NCBI GenBank assembly: GCA_003427395.1 | Contig: BFEA01000002.1 | Span: forward strand, 6,820,862 to 6,877,846 | Direction: 5' to 3' | Origin: Chara braunii | Lineage: Eukaryota > Plantae > Charophyceae | Length of the DNA: 56,985 bases | Shown: one piece after another, positions 34,950 through 48,029 of the stretch | How the letters are laid out: every line of letters begins with the position of its first letter | Numbering within the stretch: the stretch's first letter is position 1 | Made by a program: the position numbers and the translations under genes | Notes under the pieces: model-generated | Database searches by the model: none | What the model was told of the DNA's origin: nothing | Seen by the model: only the letters and a program-made list of their open reading frames with translations

Positions 34950-37900
34950 TGTCGCGCGCGGCGGTCCCGCACCCTGATGGGGAGCGTTGAACCTCACGGT
35001 CATGTCACGCAGGATTTATTCCTTGAAAGAACAACAAGTCACCACTCCGACCGTGAGCGAGGGCTATACCTCTCATGACGCCCCGCGACAGGTCGGGACG
35101 TCGCGAGGTACTGCTCATCTCTACCCGAGGGGCTGTCACCACCCTCTGGTAGGCGTATCCTTACTGAGCTACCAGCCCACATGCAAAGGCTTTTACATGC
35201 CTTTGTAGAGGGAGGTCGGCCGAGGGCATTTTCTCGATCGCCGTAGCATAGGTATACGCGCGGTTGAACGCCTAAGACTGACCCGTTTACGTGTCGGGCA
35301 TCGGGGTGCTGATCTCCCGAACCGACTTACTGTTCAGGTCGACTTGACTGACGATCTATCGCGAATACTAATTTTTTAATCTATCTGCACATAACCCATA
35401 ACTTATGTATGTTATAAAATTGTTTCCGAGTGATACAAACATAATGAATACATTTCTAAAGTTGAGACTGTGGAGGCAAGGAGATGTCTTTTACATTTTT
35501 ACGCAAACAGAGGCAAACATCAGAATGAACAGAGTTTAACTTTCGAAACAGAAAACAATCAATAGGCTCTTGGCCTTTCAAGCAAACATCATGACCAAAG
35601 GTAGGCTCGTGGCCTGTCAAATATGCATCAGAATAAANGAATAGGCTCATGGCCTTGCCAATTGTCCTAANCTATTCAGCATCAAGGAGTAAAGTCGAAA
35701 CATCCAAACCAAATGTACAAAGGTTACGAGTCGACGAAATNTCTGAGTCGAGGCTCAACATAAGTTCAGCAATGCGAGTAGAGTGAATAACACGTGGTTN
35801 NTCTTCTTACTGACCTGCAGANAAAACAAAAGCATTTTGCAATCCTAACAGAGTCAACCATTCATTCACTTCCACACACATTACACTTGTGCTTCCAAAT
35901 CCTTCTGCCAGACATTCCTGTTTTGACTCAGTCATTCAAGGACCTCATTTGACCAAACACTGACCCTTCAGACACTGACCCAAAATCAGAAATGTCATTT
36001 AGAGCAAGGGTTGATGCAAAGTGTGGGTGCAGAAGGTGAGTGAAGGTTGAGTTGGTGAACCAACCTGTTACCATAAGGCACCAGCATGCAGTCTTGTATA
36101 AACTTATAATGAGTCTTCTTGAGTAAGATGACCTGCAATCACACACAGATCTTAAAATCTCAACACCTCCCTCACTATCGCTCTACACGAAGTTCAACGA
36201 TGTGAACTTCAATTCTATCTGTGGACTATAATAGAGTCCGATCAAATGTAAGTATGAAGTAAGAAGACTCCGACAGAAGTCTTAACCTCATACTTACTCA
36301 AGCAGTAGGATAACTCAGACATGAGTATCCTACCACTGGTTTTAGTCTAGCTGGTTTAGACTTAGACAGACCATGGGATGACCCGCACAGGAGTACCCCA
36401 CTTCTAGCCTGTCAACCTGACTATCTAATATATGTACACACGTAGAGACGGGTAATAGGATGTTCCTCACCCTGGAGCCTTATCCTNTCACCCGTCCTAC
36501 ATCCATACATCAATCAATCAGCACTTNCACTTGCTCTAGGCCAGCGTGCACAAAGGTGATCTCGGCTCTAGCTAGGAACGGGGTTCACATGCACATGTCT
36601 GATTGTTCTGACAATCAGATCATAACAAACGGTGTAGGTAATAAAATAGTAACAAAAACAAATAATAATAATAATAATAACAATAATAATAATAATAATA
36701 ATCATAGTAAAAAATAATAATAATAATAATAATAATAAAATAATAATAATAATAATAATAATGCAAGTAATATGAGTGAGCACAGTACACCGAAGACTAA
36801 GTCACAATCAAACATACAGAAGTCCAGATAATCATGTAATGAGTAAAAAGTTGAAATGCACTAAGGTTTCATCCAAATAAGAACGACATAGTGACCTTGT
36901 GAGCCAATGTTCAAACCCTCATGCCACATTAATGCAGTATTCAATGTCACTCTTCTCTGCCTGACGTCCAATGCCCAGTCTACACTACACCTATCCTACC
37001 ACAGCCGCGTCAACGAGACAGACTCACTTAGACTTCGGAGACCAATGTACATGACGTCTACTCCACAATCGGCCTTTTTCTTGCATCAGGTATGTATCTC
37101 ATCCCCTCTCATCAGACCCTGACCATCCACAAATTATAGCTGTGATTAATACATGAGGCTAATAATAATAATAATAATAATAATATGTTTGAAACAACCC
37201 TCACCTTAGCCGTAGCAGATGCAGGTCCCAGGGCTCGATTCCTAGACCTTATGTACCTATCTACGGTATCAAGTCGACCCTATATGTGCTTGATCCCGTG
37301 ACTTGTGTTTGGGCTGTTAATTGTTATCCGCCGTAATTCTATGTCGCTGTCTGAGTTCGGTTTGTAGATCTGTCGAGTAGGGGTCATAGTTGTGCAGGGT
37401 CGTTGCCGCTACAGTCCTAAAAAGGTCAAATCTTCAGACTTTCGGAACGTTCGGAAGTGGCCTTTCGAGCGTTGCTCGCGTTAGACCAGGGGCAAGTGGG
37501 CAAATGGGCAGTCCAACTGTTGTCAAGTCTGCAGTACCCAATCCCAGTCATACTTTGTCCAATCTGCGGGTACCATGTGGGACTGCCTGCACTAAGGTCC
37601 TGGTGGAGGTCGATGTTGCAGCGGACGTCGTTGCGCGTGCGACTGTTGTCATTGCTAACGTGTGCCCGATTCCTGTCGCTACCTCCGCATATGTCCGTAA
37701 GTCTATTTTGTATGTCTGTCTGTGTCTGTTGCTACCTGTCGATTTGTCTGTCTGTTTGTTGTCTGTCTGTCTGTTGTTGTCTGTCTGTTGTATGTCTGTC
37801 TGTTGTATGTACGTCTGTTGTATGTATGTCTGCTGTATGTATGTCTGCATGCATGTCTGTATGTTTGTATTGTAGGTACTCAGACGGCATCAGGACCAGG

Positions 37901-38069
37901 CGGAAGTCTGTAACTGTACACAGTCCAGGCCCTCGGCTGTGAGCCAATCTGTACAACTGTAGAAGGGTGACCTTAAACTAGACAGACTCGCCAACTACTG
38001 CATAAGGCTCGGCCTCCGGGTGATCAACATTCAGTCTTGCTATGTTGCCTTAACGTCGGCTGGCGCTGG

Positions 38070-38540
38070 CTGTTTGCTGATACTGCGGATGACGCTGGAT
38101 TGTGGCAATATGCTGGCGCTGTCTACTATGTGCGCCATGCATTGCTGATGTGGCGCAGGTCATCTGTCGACCTCGCTGATGTGGCGCAGGCCACTTTTCT
38201 GCATTGCTGCTGTGGCACAAGTTATCTGTCCGCCGTGCTGATGTGGTGCTGCCTCCTGTTCTGCTGTTGACTTGGCATTGGCCATGCCGTCTACCTGCTG
38301 ACGTGGCATTGGCCATACTGTCTATCTGCTGATGCGGCGAAGGCCACTCGTCCGCACTGCTAATGTGGCCTGCCACTGGTCTATACCGCTGTTGTGGCAC
38401 TGCCGCCTGTCTACTGCTGACGCGACATTGGCCATGCTGTCCGTATGTTGATGTGGCACATGCCACTCATCCTTGCTGATGTGGCGTTGCCGCCCGTCTC
38501 TACTGTCGACGTGGCATTGGCCACGCTGTCTACTTGCTGT
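38070..38540 (+). repeat. Degenerate ~30-bp tandem array with GCTGAYGTGGC core (second copy 52715-53185)
   Basis: About 15 units such as GCTGACGTGGCATTGGCCATACTGTCTATCT. Confidence 0.85.
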
Positions 38541-38613
38541 TGATCCGAGTCTACCTGTACTACGGCATCTAACAAATAACTTTCTGTTTGGGTTTATCAC
38601 AACAATCAACAAC

Positions 38614-38650
<37 letters not shown>

Positions 38651-39180
38651 GGATCAACACCAATGATGCAAGGAATATGAGTGTGAACGATATACAAAAA
38701 ACCAAGTTGCAAAATCACACAGCTGTCGAAGTAGTCGAGTCCTTGCAGAGAGTACAAATGCACCGAAAACCATCCATATAGAGCAATAAAATGAAGTAAT
38801 GAGGCAATGTCCAAGCCCGTAGGCCACACCAACACAGTATCAGAGTCGCTCTCTATCCCTTCTACTTTAGTATTCACTAAAGTATCTTGTCTCCTCAATC
38901 AGCCTACACTACTCACCTATCCCTTCTAGTTTAGTATTCACGCAACGGCTCTCTTCGACACTGGGGGACCAATATACATGACTCTCAACACCATTAGTCG
39001 ATGTACCAGGTACGTATCTCGTCACCCTCAATCAGACCTTGGTAATCCCACTCTCGCCTCCTTCCCTGAAGACCACCAAATCACCCGCATCAACCCCTGA
39101 AGCATCAACCCCTGAAGCTTCAACCCCTACACATTACAGGTGGGATTAAAGCACAACAGTAATAATAGTAGTAATAATAA

Positions 39181-39239
<59 letters not shown>

Positions 39240-40181
39240 TAACAATGTAATCAGACCCGCTTTTTTTTCCCGTCAGCATACATGCAACAGATGGTGATTC
39301 ACCCCGGCGCACTGCGCCCACTCAAAGCTCAGAGCTATGGAGCCCGATAACACAGTTCAGATGCAAACTCGCTTCGACAGGCTATGGCGCATCATCGCTT
39401 GTACATCCCAACTCGTCACTCTGGCTGATACTGTTCACGCACATTCCACTCTAGATCACCCTGAATACTCCACACACACATACACTTACTAACTTCTAAC
39501 ACTACAGCGGCTATGGCCGCACTATTAAAGCAAGCTCATACTCATACCCACACACAAATGTACGCACATACACACACATACATACAGACACATACGTATA
39601 CACACACACACGTACACTCTCACACACATACGGGTGAGCACACACACATACATGCAGTAGTAGTGTAGAATTTGTGTTTAGTGGTAGGCACATTTGATCT
39701 GCTTATCCTACCGATGGAAGTAGAGTGAGGCTAGTCGCGGAGTTCACACGTACACACACATACACACACAACTAACAAGTCCGCGGACGAGCGGGGTGTA
39801 TGCTTCCATAATCTACCGTAGGTTCATTTGATTATGCTCGTCCAATCACCGAAAGTAGCGTGAGATCAGCTGAGGGATCGGGGACCTACCGTACAATGCT
39901 CGACGCCCCCCCTCTCTTTAATCCAATCAGTCGCAATGTGCAGAATAAAGAGACCCCGGCACGGGAGACACGACAGGCATAAGCTTGCATTTGGACGGGT
40001 TGGGCGGATAGCAGGTATGTCGCCCTCTCCTCCCTAATATTTCAACTAATATATATATATATATATTCACAAACAAAACTGCCCGGTAAACCGTAGGCAG
40101 AGAGAGAGAAGAGGACAACAAACGAGGGGTTGTGACGAACAGAACTGCCCGGTAAATCCGTAGGCAGAGAGAGAGAAGAGG

Positions 40182-40268
<87 letters not shown>

Positions 40269-40302
40269 CTATGAATAAAACATCATAATAATGATAGTAA
40301 TA

Positions 40303-40361
<59 letters not shown>

Positions 40362-41353
40362 GAACGTCAGTGAACCTCCAGAAACCAAGCAGCATCATAC
40401 ACATGAGACCAGATAGTCGTGACCTCGAACCCAAAACAGAATCATATCACAGTTCCACCAAATAAGAGCATACAAAAAACTCATAATTGACGATGCTGGA
40501 ATAGTCTCATCGTCATCATCAACGAAGAACCAATGTTGATATCCTATCTGGCGCTCGACGTCCAGACTACAGATGGCAGATCCTATCTAGCCTAGACTAA
40601 AATGTCGATGATGACGTCAACAACTCCCTAAAGTACGAGCAGATCTCGGTCAATATTGTTCGCCTCAAGCACCAGGTACATCCCCCATATCACTCACAAC
40701 TTCGATCCCCCATACAGATGCCACATGCACCCAAGAACCACCATGCGCCCACTTTCCATCACGCAATCCACATCTGCACTTACGCGCACATTCACTTCCT
40801 CTCGCGACGCTGTCCTTTTTCTCCCGTCATTCTCCCCCTCCATCTTTTCCTCTTTTTTTTTTCTTTACTTCTTTCCCTGTCTTCATTCCCACTCGTCACT
40901 TATATATATTTATATATATATATATTAACAAGAATTATAATGATTAATAATAATAATAAAATCAAACAAAGGAAATAAAAGAAAATAAGTAATTAAACAC
41001 TAATGTATACTAACCATTTTTCGGGCTATGTGCATTCGTGGAAACAGGGAAAGAATGAGACAACGTCAAACGACCGTGACTGCTTGTTTCGTTGAAGTTT
41101 CATCAAATCATCAGGAGGCAGATCCCCCCCGGTCTTTCAATTTGAACCATGCACTTCGTTCAGGTATGTGGTCTGTATTCTCTATAAGCCCCCCCCGTCT
41201 CCCTCTCTCCCTCTTCCTCTGTCACACTCTCGCATACACACACATAGAGGGATAGATCGGAGACAGAAAAACCTACTCATGGGTCGCTGAAGTCCGACGA
41301 AAAAGTATGGGATAGTCATGCTTCTCCTTAGTGGAGATGTGTGTAGTGAACAT

Positions 41354-41417
<64 letters not shown>

Positions 41418-41674
41418 GCACGTACACACATACACGCGCACTTACAGACAAACACAACTACTTACGTACACAGTTACATGCGCACACACAGACAAACACA
41501 ACTACACACGTATACAGATACATGCGCACTCACACACAGACGCACGCACGCACGTAGTAGTGTAGACTAATGCGTTGTAGTTGTAGAATCGTTCGACTCA
41601 GCTCATCTTATCGATGAAATCGCATGATCAGTCATGTGACAGAGGCGACAAACACAAAAACACACACTCACTCA

Positions 41675-41740
<66 letters not shown>

Positions 41741-42758
41741 CTAGTGTATACACCCACGATATAGCGGTAGGTTCATTTGATTTAGTTCGAGAAGTAAGTT
41801 GTGAGTTAGGCGACTTACTTGTTCTCTTTCTCCCTTCGTCCTTGTCGCCATCGTAGTCGTCATCGTCGTCGCTACCGTTGTTGTCGTCGTCGTCCAGTCG
41901 TCAGTGTCGCCGTCGGATCGCATGGTCAGGTAAGTGTTCTGCTCCCCTCCCCCTCTCTCCTTCTCCTACTTCTTCCTCCTCCTCTTCCTTCTTCTTCTTC
42001 TTCTTCTCGTTCTTCTTCCCCTTCTTCTTCTCCTTCTTCTTCTCCTTCTCTCTTCTTCTTCTTCTTTTTCTCTTTTTTCCTCCTATTTTATTTCTCCTCT
42101 GCATGCGCTGTTTTCATCTTCATCTGCGCTTTCCCATCTCTGCCTCGCATGCTTTGTTGTCCACGCGCATTTCCTCTGTTGTTATCTGCGCGCTCCCTCC
42201 GTTGTTCTCCACGCGTTCCTCCCCGTTTCCTCCATCGTCGTGCACCTCTCCCTTCCACGTGCATCGTTTCCTTTTCTTCCTGACGGGGTCCTCCTCTCGT
42301 GCACCACTCAAACTTCCCCGTGGTCATTCACAATGGTCTCCCCTGTAGTCGTCGCCCTCGCGGCGAGCACCCCGTCCCTCTTCCTGGCATACTGTCGGCC
42401 AGTGAATGTCGAAAAGTCCCGGGGAATGAATCTACCCCGGTTCTAGTGCTAAATTCGACAAACTTTCATACAAGAACGGAGGGAAAGAAAAAAAACAAAA
42501 CAAACAAACAAAAGAAAACAGGAAAATCGCAATGAAAATAATAATAATAATAAAAAATCTGAATATGACAAAATAAAAATCTAACTATCTAACTACTACC
42601 CTGTCTTGCCATCTGTCATGCCCTCGTTTTCAAACGAGGCCAACTACAACAACTAACTCTAACTAACCTATGATCTTCAGGTCACAGGTTCAAATCCCCG
42701 CCAGTCATCCGCGGGTGAAAATGGAAGTAAAGCTCCTTGTAAAAAAAAACTAACTCAA

Positions 42759-42827
42759 GGTCGGGGCAGATTCGATCCCTGCATCTCCAGCTTGACAGTC
42801 TGCCCCAAAACCTACTAAGTTAGCTCC
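42759..42827 (-). ncRNA. tRNA(Asp)-like remnant inside the LTR
   Basis: Minus strand reads TAACTTAGTAGG (A-box-like), CAGA-CTGTCAA-GCTG (GTC anticodon arm-like) and GGAGATGCAGGGATCGAATC (variable loop/B-box-like); acceptor stem is poor. Confidence 0.4.
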
Positions 42828-43510
42828 TGCTTCAAGTAGAAGAGGAGCTGCTTTTCTATATGTACAGGAGTGGGGCTCAGTCCGCCTAGTGGCCTGAGCC
42901 CGTTTTCTAAGTATGAGTGTGTGCACGCCTGGTGGTTTACATGCCTGCCCGAGTACGTGTCGGCTTGAATGTGTGTGCGACCTGCCAGGGTGCTTAGTTA
43001 ATTGGAAGGCCCGAAGGACCGGTACTTAGTCGTGGCAGCAACATTGAGGGTCGTGGCGGGAAAAACACTCAAGTGGCGGGTAGGCTGGTACCACTCCAAG
43101 TAGAGATAGATGCACCGAGTACTCGATGTCGAGCAGAAGAAGATAAAATCTGACATTTTTAAAACACCTGGTACCAGTGGGTAGACAGGTACCAGGCCAA
43201 GTCTCAGTGTGTGTCGTAGATCTACCTGACACATTACTAGCCCAATCATCCCTTCGACGTTCTCGGTCGGAGGTATTACGACTAATCCTAACCATCACAG
43301 TGCGCGGTTTAACAACACGCGCGCATACTCTCGAAATTTTTCTCACCGATTCGCCCCGACTTCAATGGCCGAGGGAATCGTTTCAAGTGTGACACCAAAG
43401 CGTGCACACCCTTTTCATCCCAGACTGGTTTCGTCATGGTAGCCGACGTCGTCGTTATGTCAAGTGCAAAAGCATGGCCAAATACCCTTGTAAGGGTATT
43501 CGGTCCGACA

Positions 43511-43526
43511 ATATTCCCAGACCCTA
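43511..43526 (-). promoter_or_regulatory. Weak polypurine-tract candidate
   Basis: TAGGGTCTGGGAATAT directly 5' of the 3' LTR on minus; only moderately purine-rich. Confidence 0.3.
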
Positions 43527-46500
43527 TTAAGCGACGTCCCCGTAGCTAAAGACGTTTATCACAATCGTTCATACAGTTTCCTTTTACATCATTTCCCAAA
43601 ATCAAATCAACTGATAAAGTATGACAAAATCGATAACACCACTGGACAGATGATACAATACAAAACAATACATGTACTTCTCTCTCCTGTTTGAAAGAGA
43701 AGATGAATCCCTTTCTTAAATAAGGCGCATCTCTGATAAGTGGATAGCCAAATCCGAGTCCCTGGATTGAGATGCAGACAAGATTCACATTGTCTTCCTT
43801 GATATATTCTACCATCGCCGGGATTTTAACCCGGTTCTCCCACACACTGAAAATTCCCCAAACCAAACTCAATGAACCAATGGTGGGGATACTGGATCTG
43901 TACTACAAAGGAGAAAATTACCAAGAAAGACAACGATCATCTTTTCCACATCTTTAGACTTTCTTCCCAGATCCTCGTTGGTTGTCCAAGGAGTCATAGA
44001 ACTTGCCCCCTTTGGACGCGGGTCTTAACCTAAACCATATTACCGTCCCGCCCGAAGTCTAATGCGAGGGGATCGGCGGTCTCGGTTTAAACCCACCACA
44101 GTCCGGTTGATCAGGCCAGATTTGCGGCTCACTGTGTTGTTATATTAACAGTGGTTCCCGTATTGGTTACGCAATAACGGGTAAATCCTCCTATCCTGGG
44201 TCTTACCCAACTTCTAGACCTGACTCTCGACCCCTCTGATAACTACCTGAGTTAATTCCCTCACTAGGACGGCTTCCCTTCAGGTCTCAACTCTAGGCCA
44301 AAACCAGAAGGTTCGCTGCCTGGTTGTACTTGGTCAGCCGCCAACGCTGGGAGTTACGTCCCAACGATGTCAATTTTCCACCATAGGCTTGGTAATTTAG
44401 TCCCTTAGACTGACCTCCTGGAGTGGATGAACGATGTTCATTTCAATATATATACAAAAAAAAATTCAGGGACAAAATTCTTCCCTCGTCATGTTGCCAC
44501 TTATTGGATGAACGATGTGCATCTCAATATATGCCACAAACAATTTATAAAATCACAAACAAAAATCATTTTGCATCATCGTCAGGTTACCATGTAGTGG
44601 ATGAACGAGGGGCATCGTCAGGTTGCCACTCAAGGGTCGTGTCTTCCCGTCTCGATCACAGCGTGGTCAGACACACGTCTCGGGGATCTTTCAAAATAAG
44701 TAAAACGAGCCGAAAACCCAAAATAAATATAAAATTTTTGGCTTCCACAATACCATTGATGCAAAAGATATCTTTTCAGAACATCAACAATTTCAAATGA
44801 TCCCATTTCGGGATCCTTTAATCTTATCTCAGACTAACCCCATTAGGATGGTGAACGGTGTCTTCTGCAAAATACATATATTTTAAAAGAAGCTCAAAAG
44901 AGGACACATCTCATGTGTTTTTTCATTGCAGGACCGATCATTTTGTGTCCTTCCAATAATTCTCATGACTCAAAATAAGACTCGGTTTTTTGAGGTCACC
45001 TTCAGCCTTCCATTTTTTTGTTAGATCTTAAATCATCCAAATAAAAATCGACTCAATAACGTATCGTACGAATACATCTATAATACTCGTGTCCGAGTAT
45101 TAATCAGAACGTACTCAAGGAGAATTAAACTTTCTTGAGATGATCATCAAAGATCAAAATATGATATCATCTCAATCAGATCACAACCAATAGTGAAGAA
45201 ACAATTCAAAAACAACCTTTACTGTACGCAGGGTTTTCCCCCTGTTTTCACGGAACTTTTACAATATAAATGTAAACGACATTCTTCTGCCATAAATAAA
45301 TAATAAGTAATATTACAAAGAGATATTTGAACTGTAAAGGAAGCTTATGAAAATTTCAAACCATTCAATCATATCACTGCAGACAAACATCAACTGATGA
45401 CTTCAACGAACAACGAGAACAAATGGTTACAATAAAATACCACAACAACTAATACAAAGAAGATACAAAATAACAATGACATAACATTTATTTGCTCTTT
45501 TTTGCTTAACAAAGGTATATTGTGTCGAGGGTTGGTGTAATCCTACCAAAGAGATAGCATCTCAGATTCCGAGCCCCGCTCTAGGACTGAGGCTCACCAC
45601 ATCTCCCTCCGATTTCGATGCTGAGACCTTATCAGTTTTCTGTCAACAGAGTAGAACGACCTCATCTCGCATGCTCATGGTTGGTTAGGCCTTGACCATG
45701 GAGATGAGGTGGCCCTGCCCGCCACAAGGTTAGGCAACCACTCCTTACCTCATGGCGAACAACAGTCGCCTTCCCTATAGACAGTGTCCTACCAAGGGCC
45801 CAAACATCTTCCTCCCCTTCGATGATAGTGTAGCCACCTCTCCTTTTCAGAAAAGACGATAACACCTCACTATGGACCAGGAACATTGTTCCGGCGTGAG
45901 TCTCACTACCACCTACGAGACTTTACTATATCCTCTTTAAGCTGTTTGGAGAAAGTATCAATCAACGTTGGAATCTTTCAAAGGACAGATTCTGCATGCT
46001 GACCTCCTTTGAGAGAATTTCTTCTCTACAAAGGTTGGTCACTCCATTCACCTTCGACCCCATGCCGAACGTGGATTTCATACATGTTTCTATCCTTATT
46101 GAAGAAAAAAATTCATAAACTTATTCAGACAGCCACAAACAGTCATCAAGCAATCATTAATTATTCATATGCACAACAAGTTCTGACTTCACTTTAACAA
46201 GGAACAAAACATACAATAATACATTACTTGAAACATATTCTATTCACTCCCACATACATTCATTTACAACCATCCACATACATTAGCCATAGTGGGAATA
46301 AGCAGTTTTATCAACGTTTATATAACATTATAATATCGAGGAGTTCGATAACGCTCAAGTGGATACTCTCATACCTTGTTCATATTGAGTATAGTATTTA
46401 AGGAGATGGTTATTTAAGTAGACAGTTTCATGATACAGTTTTGACGAATCAACAAAATCCGAATTTATTCATATTCCTTTCAAGAATGAGATAAATCTGA

Positions 46501-48029
46501 TTGGACTCTTTGTGTAATGATTCATAAAGCTAATCGATTACCATACTCTACCATAGTCAACCTCAAACAGATACATACCTGTCAAGCAGACGACCTAATA
46601 TTATACCCACCATACTATTCGTCCTTAAGGATTAGACAATCACTAAGTGAATAGTGAAATAATTCATTTATATCTCAAGATTCAACAACCCTACCAATCA
46701 AACCCCGTATCACACTGCCTTAACGTTATAGACTTATTCCTACTAACTAGTTGACCCTTAACTGTTGAGATGCTAAACATAGTATCGCCCACTTTTATTT
46801 TATTTACCTACTTATATCATACCACACTATGTTTCTAACCGGCTTTCTAGAGTCTCATTACCATACATACCCCAACTTGCCTTTTCGAATTTTATACCAA
46901 AGATCGAAGCTCCTCGTATCGGAGTACATTTGATATACGTTAATTTACTGTCGCTTGAACGTGCCTATCAAGTTAATGACCTTTCTACAGTACAATGCTG
47001 AAAGTTAGACAACTCTATATATTCTCATAGTTTCATCATTTTCAGTCGGCTTTAGGGAGGGTAATTATTTTAAGCAGATAGTCCTACACTCATATGTTGC
47101 ACGATACAACCTGTAAAGTTAAACTATTATCGGGAAACCGAGTCTGTCAGTAGGCCTATATCATATCGCTCTAAGAATTGGATGATCTATTTAGATTCTG
47201 TGGCAATAATTAATAGGGCTAGTTTAATTTACAATCCTATAGTAAGAAAGTATGACACATGATCCTTGCGAACACGCGTGGTTTTCAAATACGTAGCCTA
47301 ACAACTATATGTTTTTTCAGGGTTCAACGAGTCTGTTCGACATTCACATACATCAATCCACCTCAAAAAGGGACTTTACAGTACGTATCGTCTTTCTGTC
47401 CCTACCTCAACGGAACTCTTTCTAGTCTTTCAAAAGAGGTACTATAATGGAGGGGCATAGAGGATATGTAATCTTTCATTTATCTCTGTGATGTGAAAAA
47501 CCATTACTAAGTCAACCTGACTTACCCCTTTGTAGACTTTTTAGCAACGACCTGGATTAGGGATTTTAAGCCTCATTAGAACAAGTGTTCCGGTCTTGAT
47601 AGCTCAAGACAGGACAAGCAACATCTGAATCCATTATGTTTGTCTTTCAGATATTTTCCTTATATGGTGGGTAAGAGTTAATCCCGCATAGGCATAGAAA
47701 GAAAACATCAGCTCAATACATAAGCAATGACCCTGCTGATACAACTTACAGACCAAAGGGTGGTTCAAAATGCACGATGGCGGTGGAAACGCAGGGCTAG
47801 ACAGTTGGAGAAAGATGGTTAAGTATCAAGAATGAGGTAGGGATAAGATAGAAAAAGGGGAACCTATCGTCGAATGAGCAGAGAAAAGTGACTCCTGGTA
47901 AGGTAAGGAGCGATATAGTATTCTTTACAAAAAATACTAAGCCACTTTATCAAGGGAGGTCGTATGCTTGGGTTAGTCACTCTGATAACTGTACAATCCC
48001 ATATCATCCCTTTCTCTCTCTTTCAGTAC

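Larger units (their letters stand above)
34950..43510 (-). repeat. 3' LTR of the nested element, 8561 bp, microsatellite-rich
   Basis: Minus strand begins TGTCGGACCGAATACCCTTACAAGGGTATT (43510) and ends CGCGCGCGACA (34950). Confidence 0.88.

Noticed and set aside
37200-37250. tRNA gene from B-box-like GGCTCGATTCC (similarly GGTTCAAATCC at 42687)
   Set aside because: No cloverleaf or A box; at most SINE debris
41070-41135. Hammerhead ribozyme on minus (CTGATGA..GAAAC..GTC), also at 55640-55700
   Set aside because: Stem I cannot form next to the core, and stem II lacks the closing G-C pair
44420-44640. Three TGGATGAACGA repeats ~85 nt apart
   Set aside because: They look like an ordinary decayed tandem triplication with no stem conservation seen
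45540-46100. Coding relic in the LARD internal region
   Set aside because: Short ORFs without a recognisable domain and with many stops
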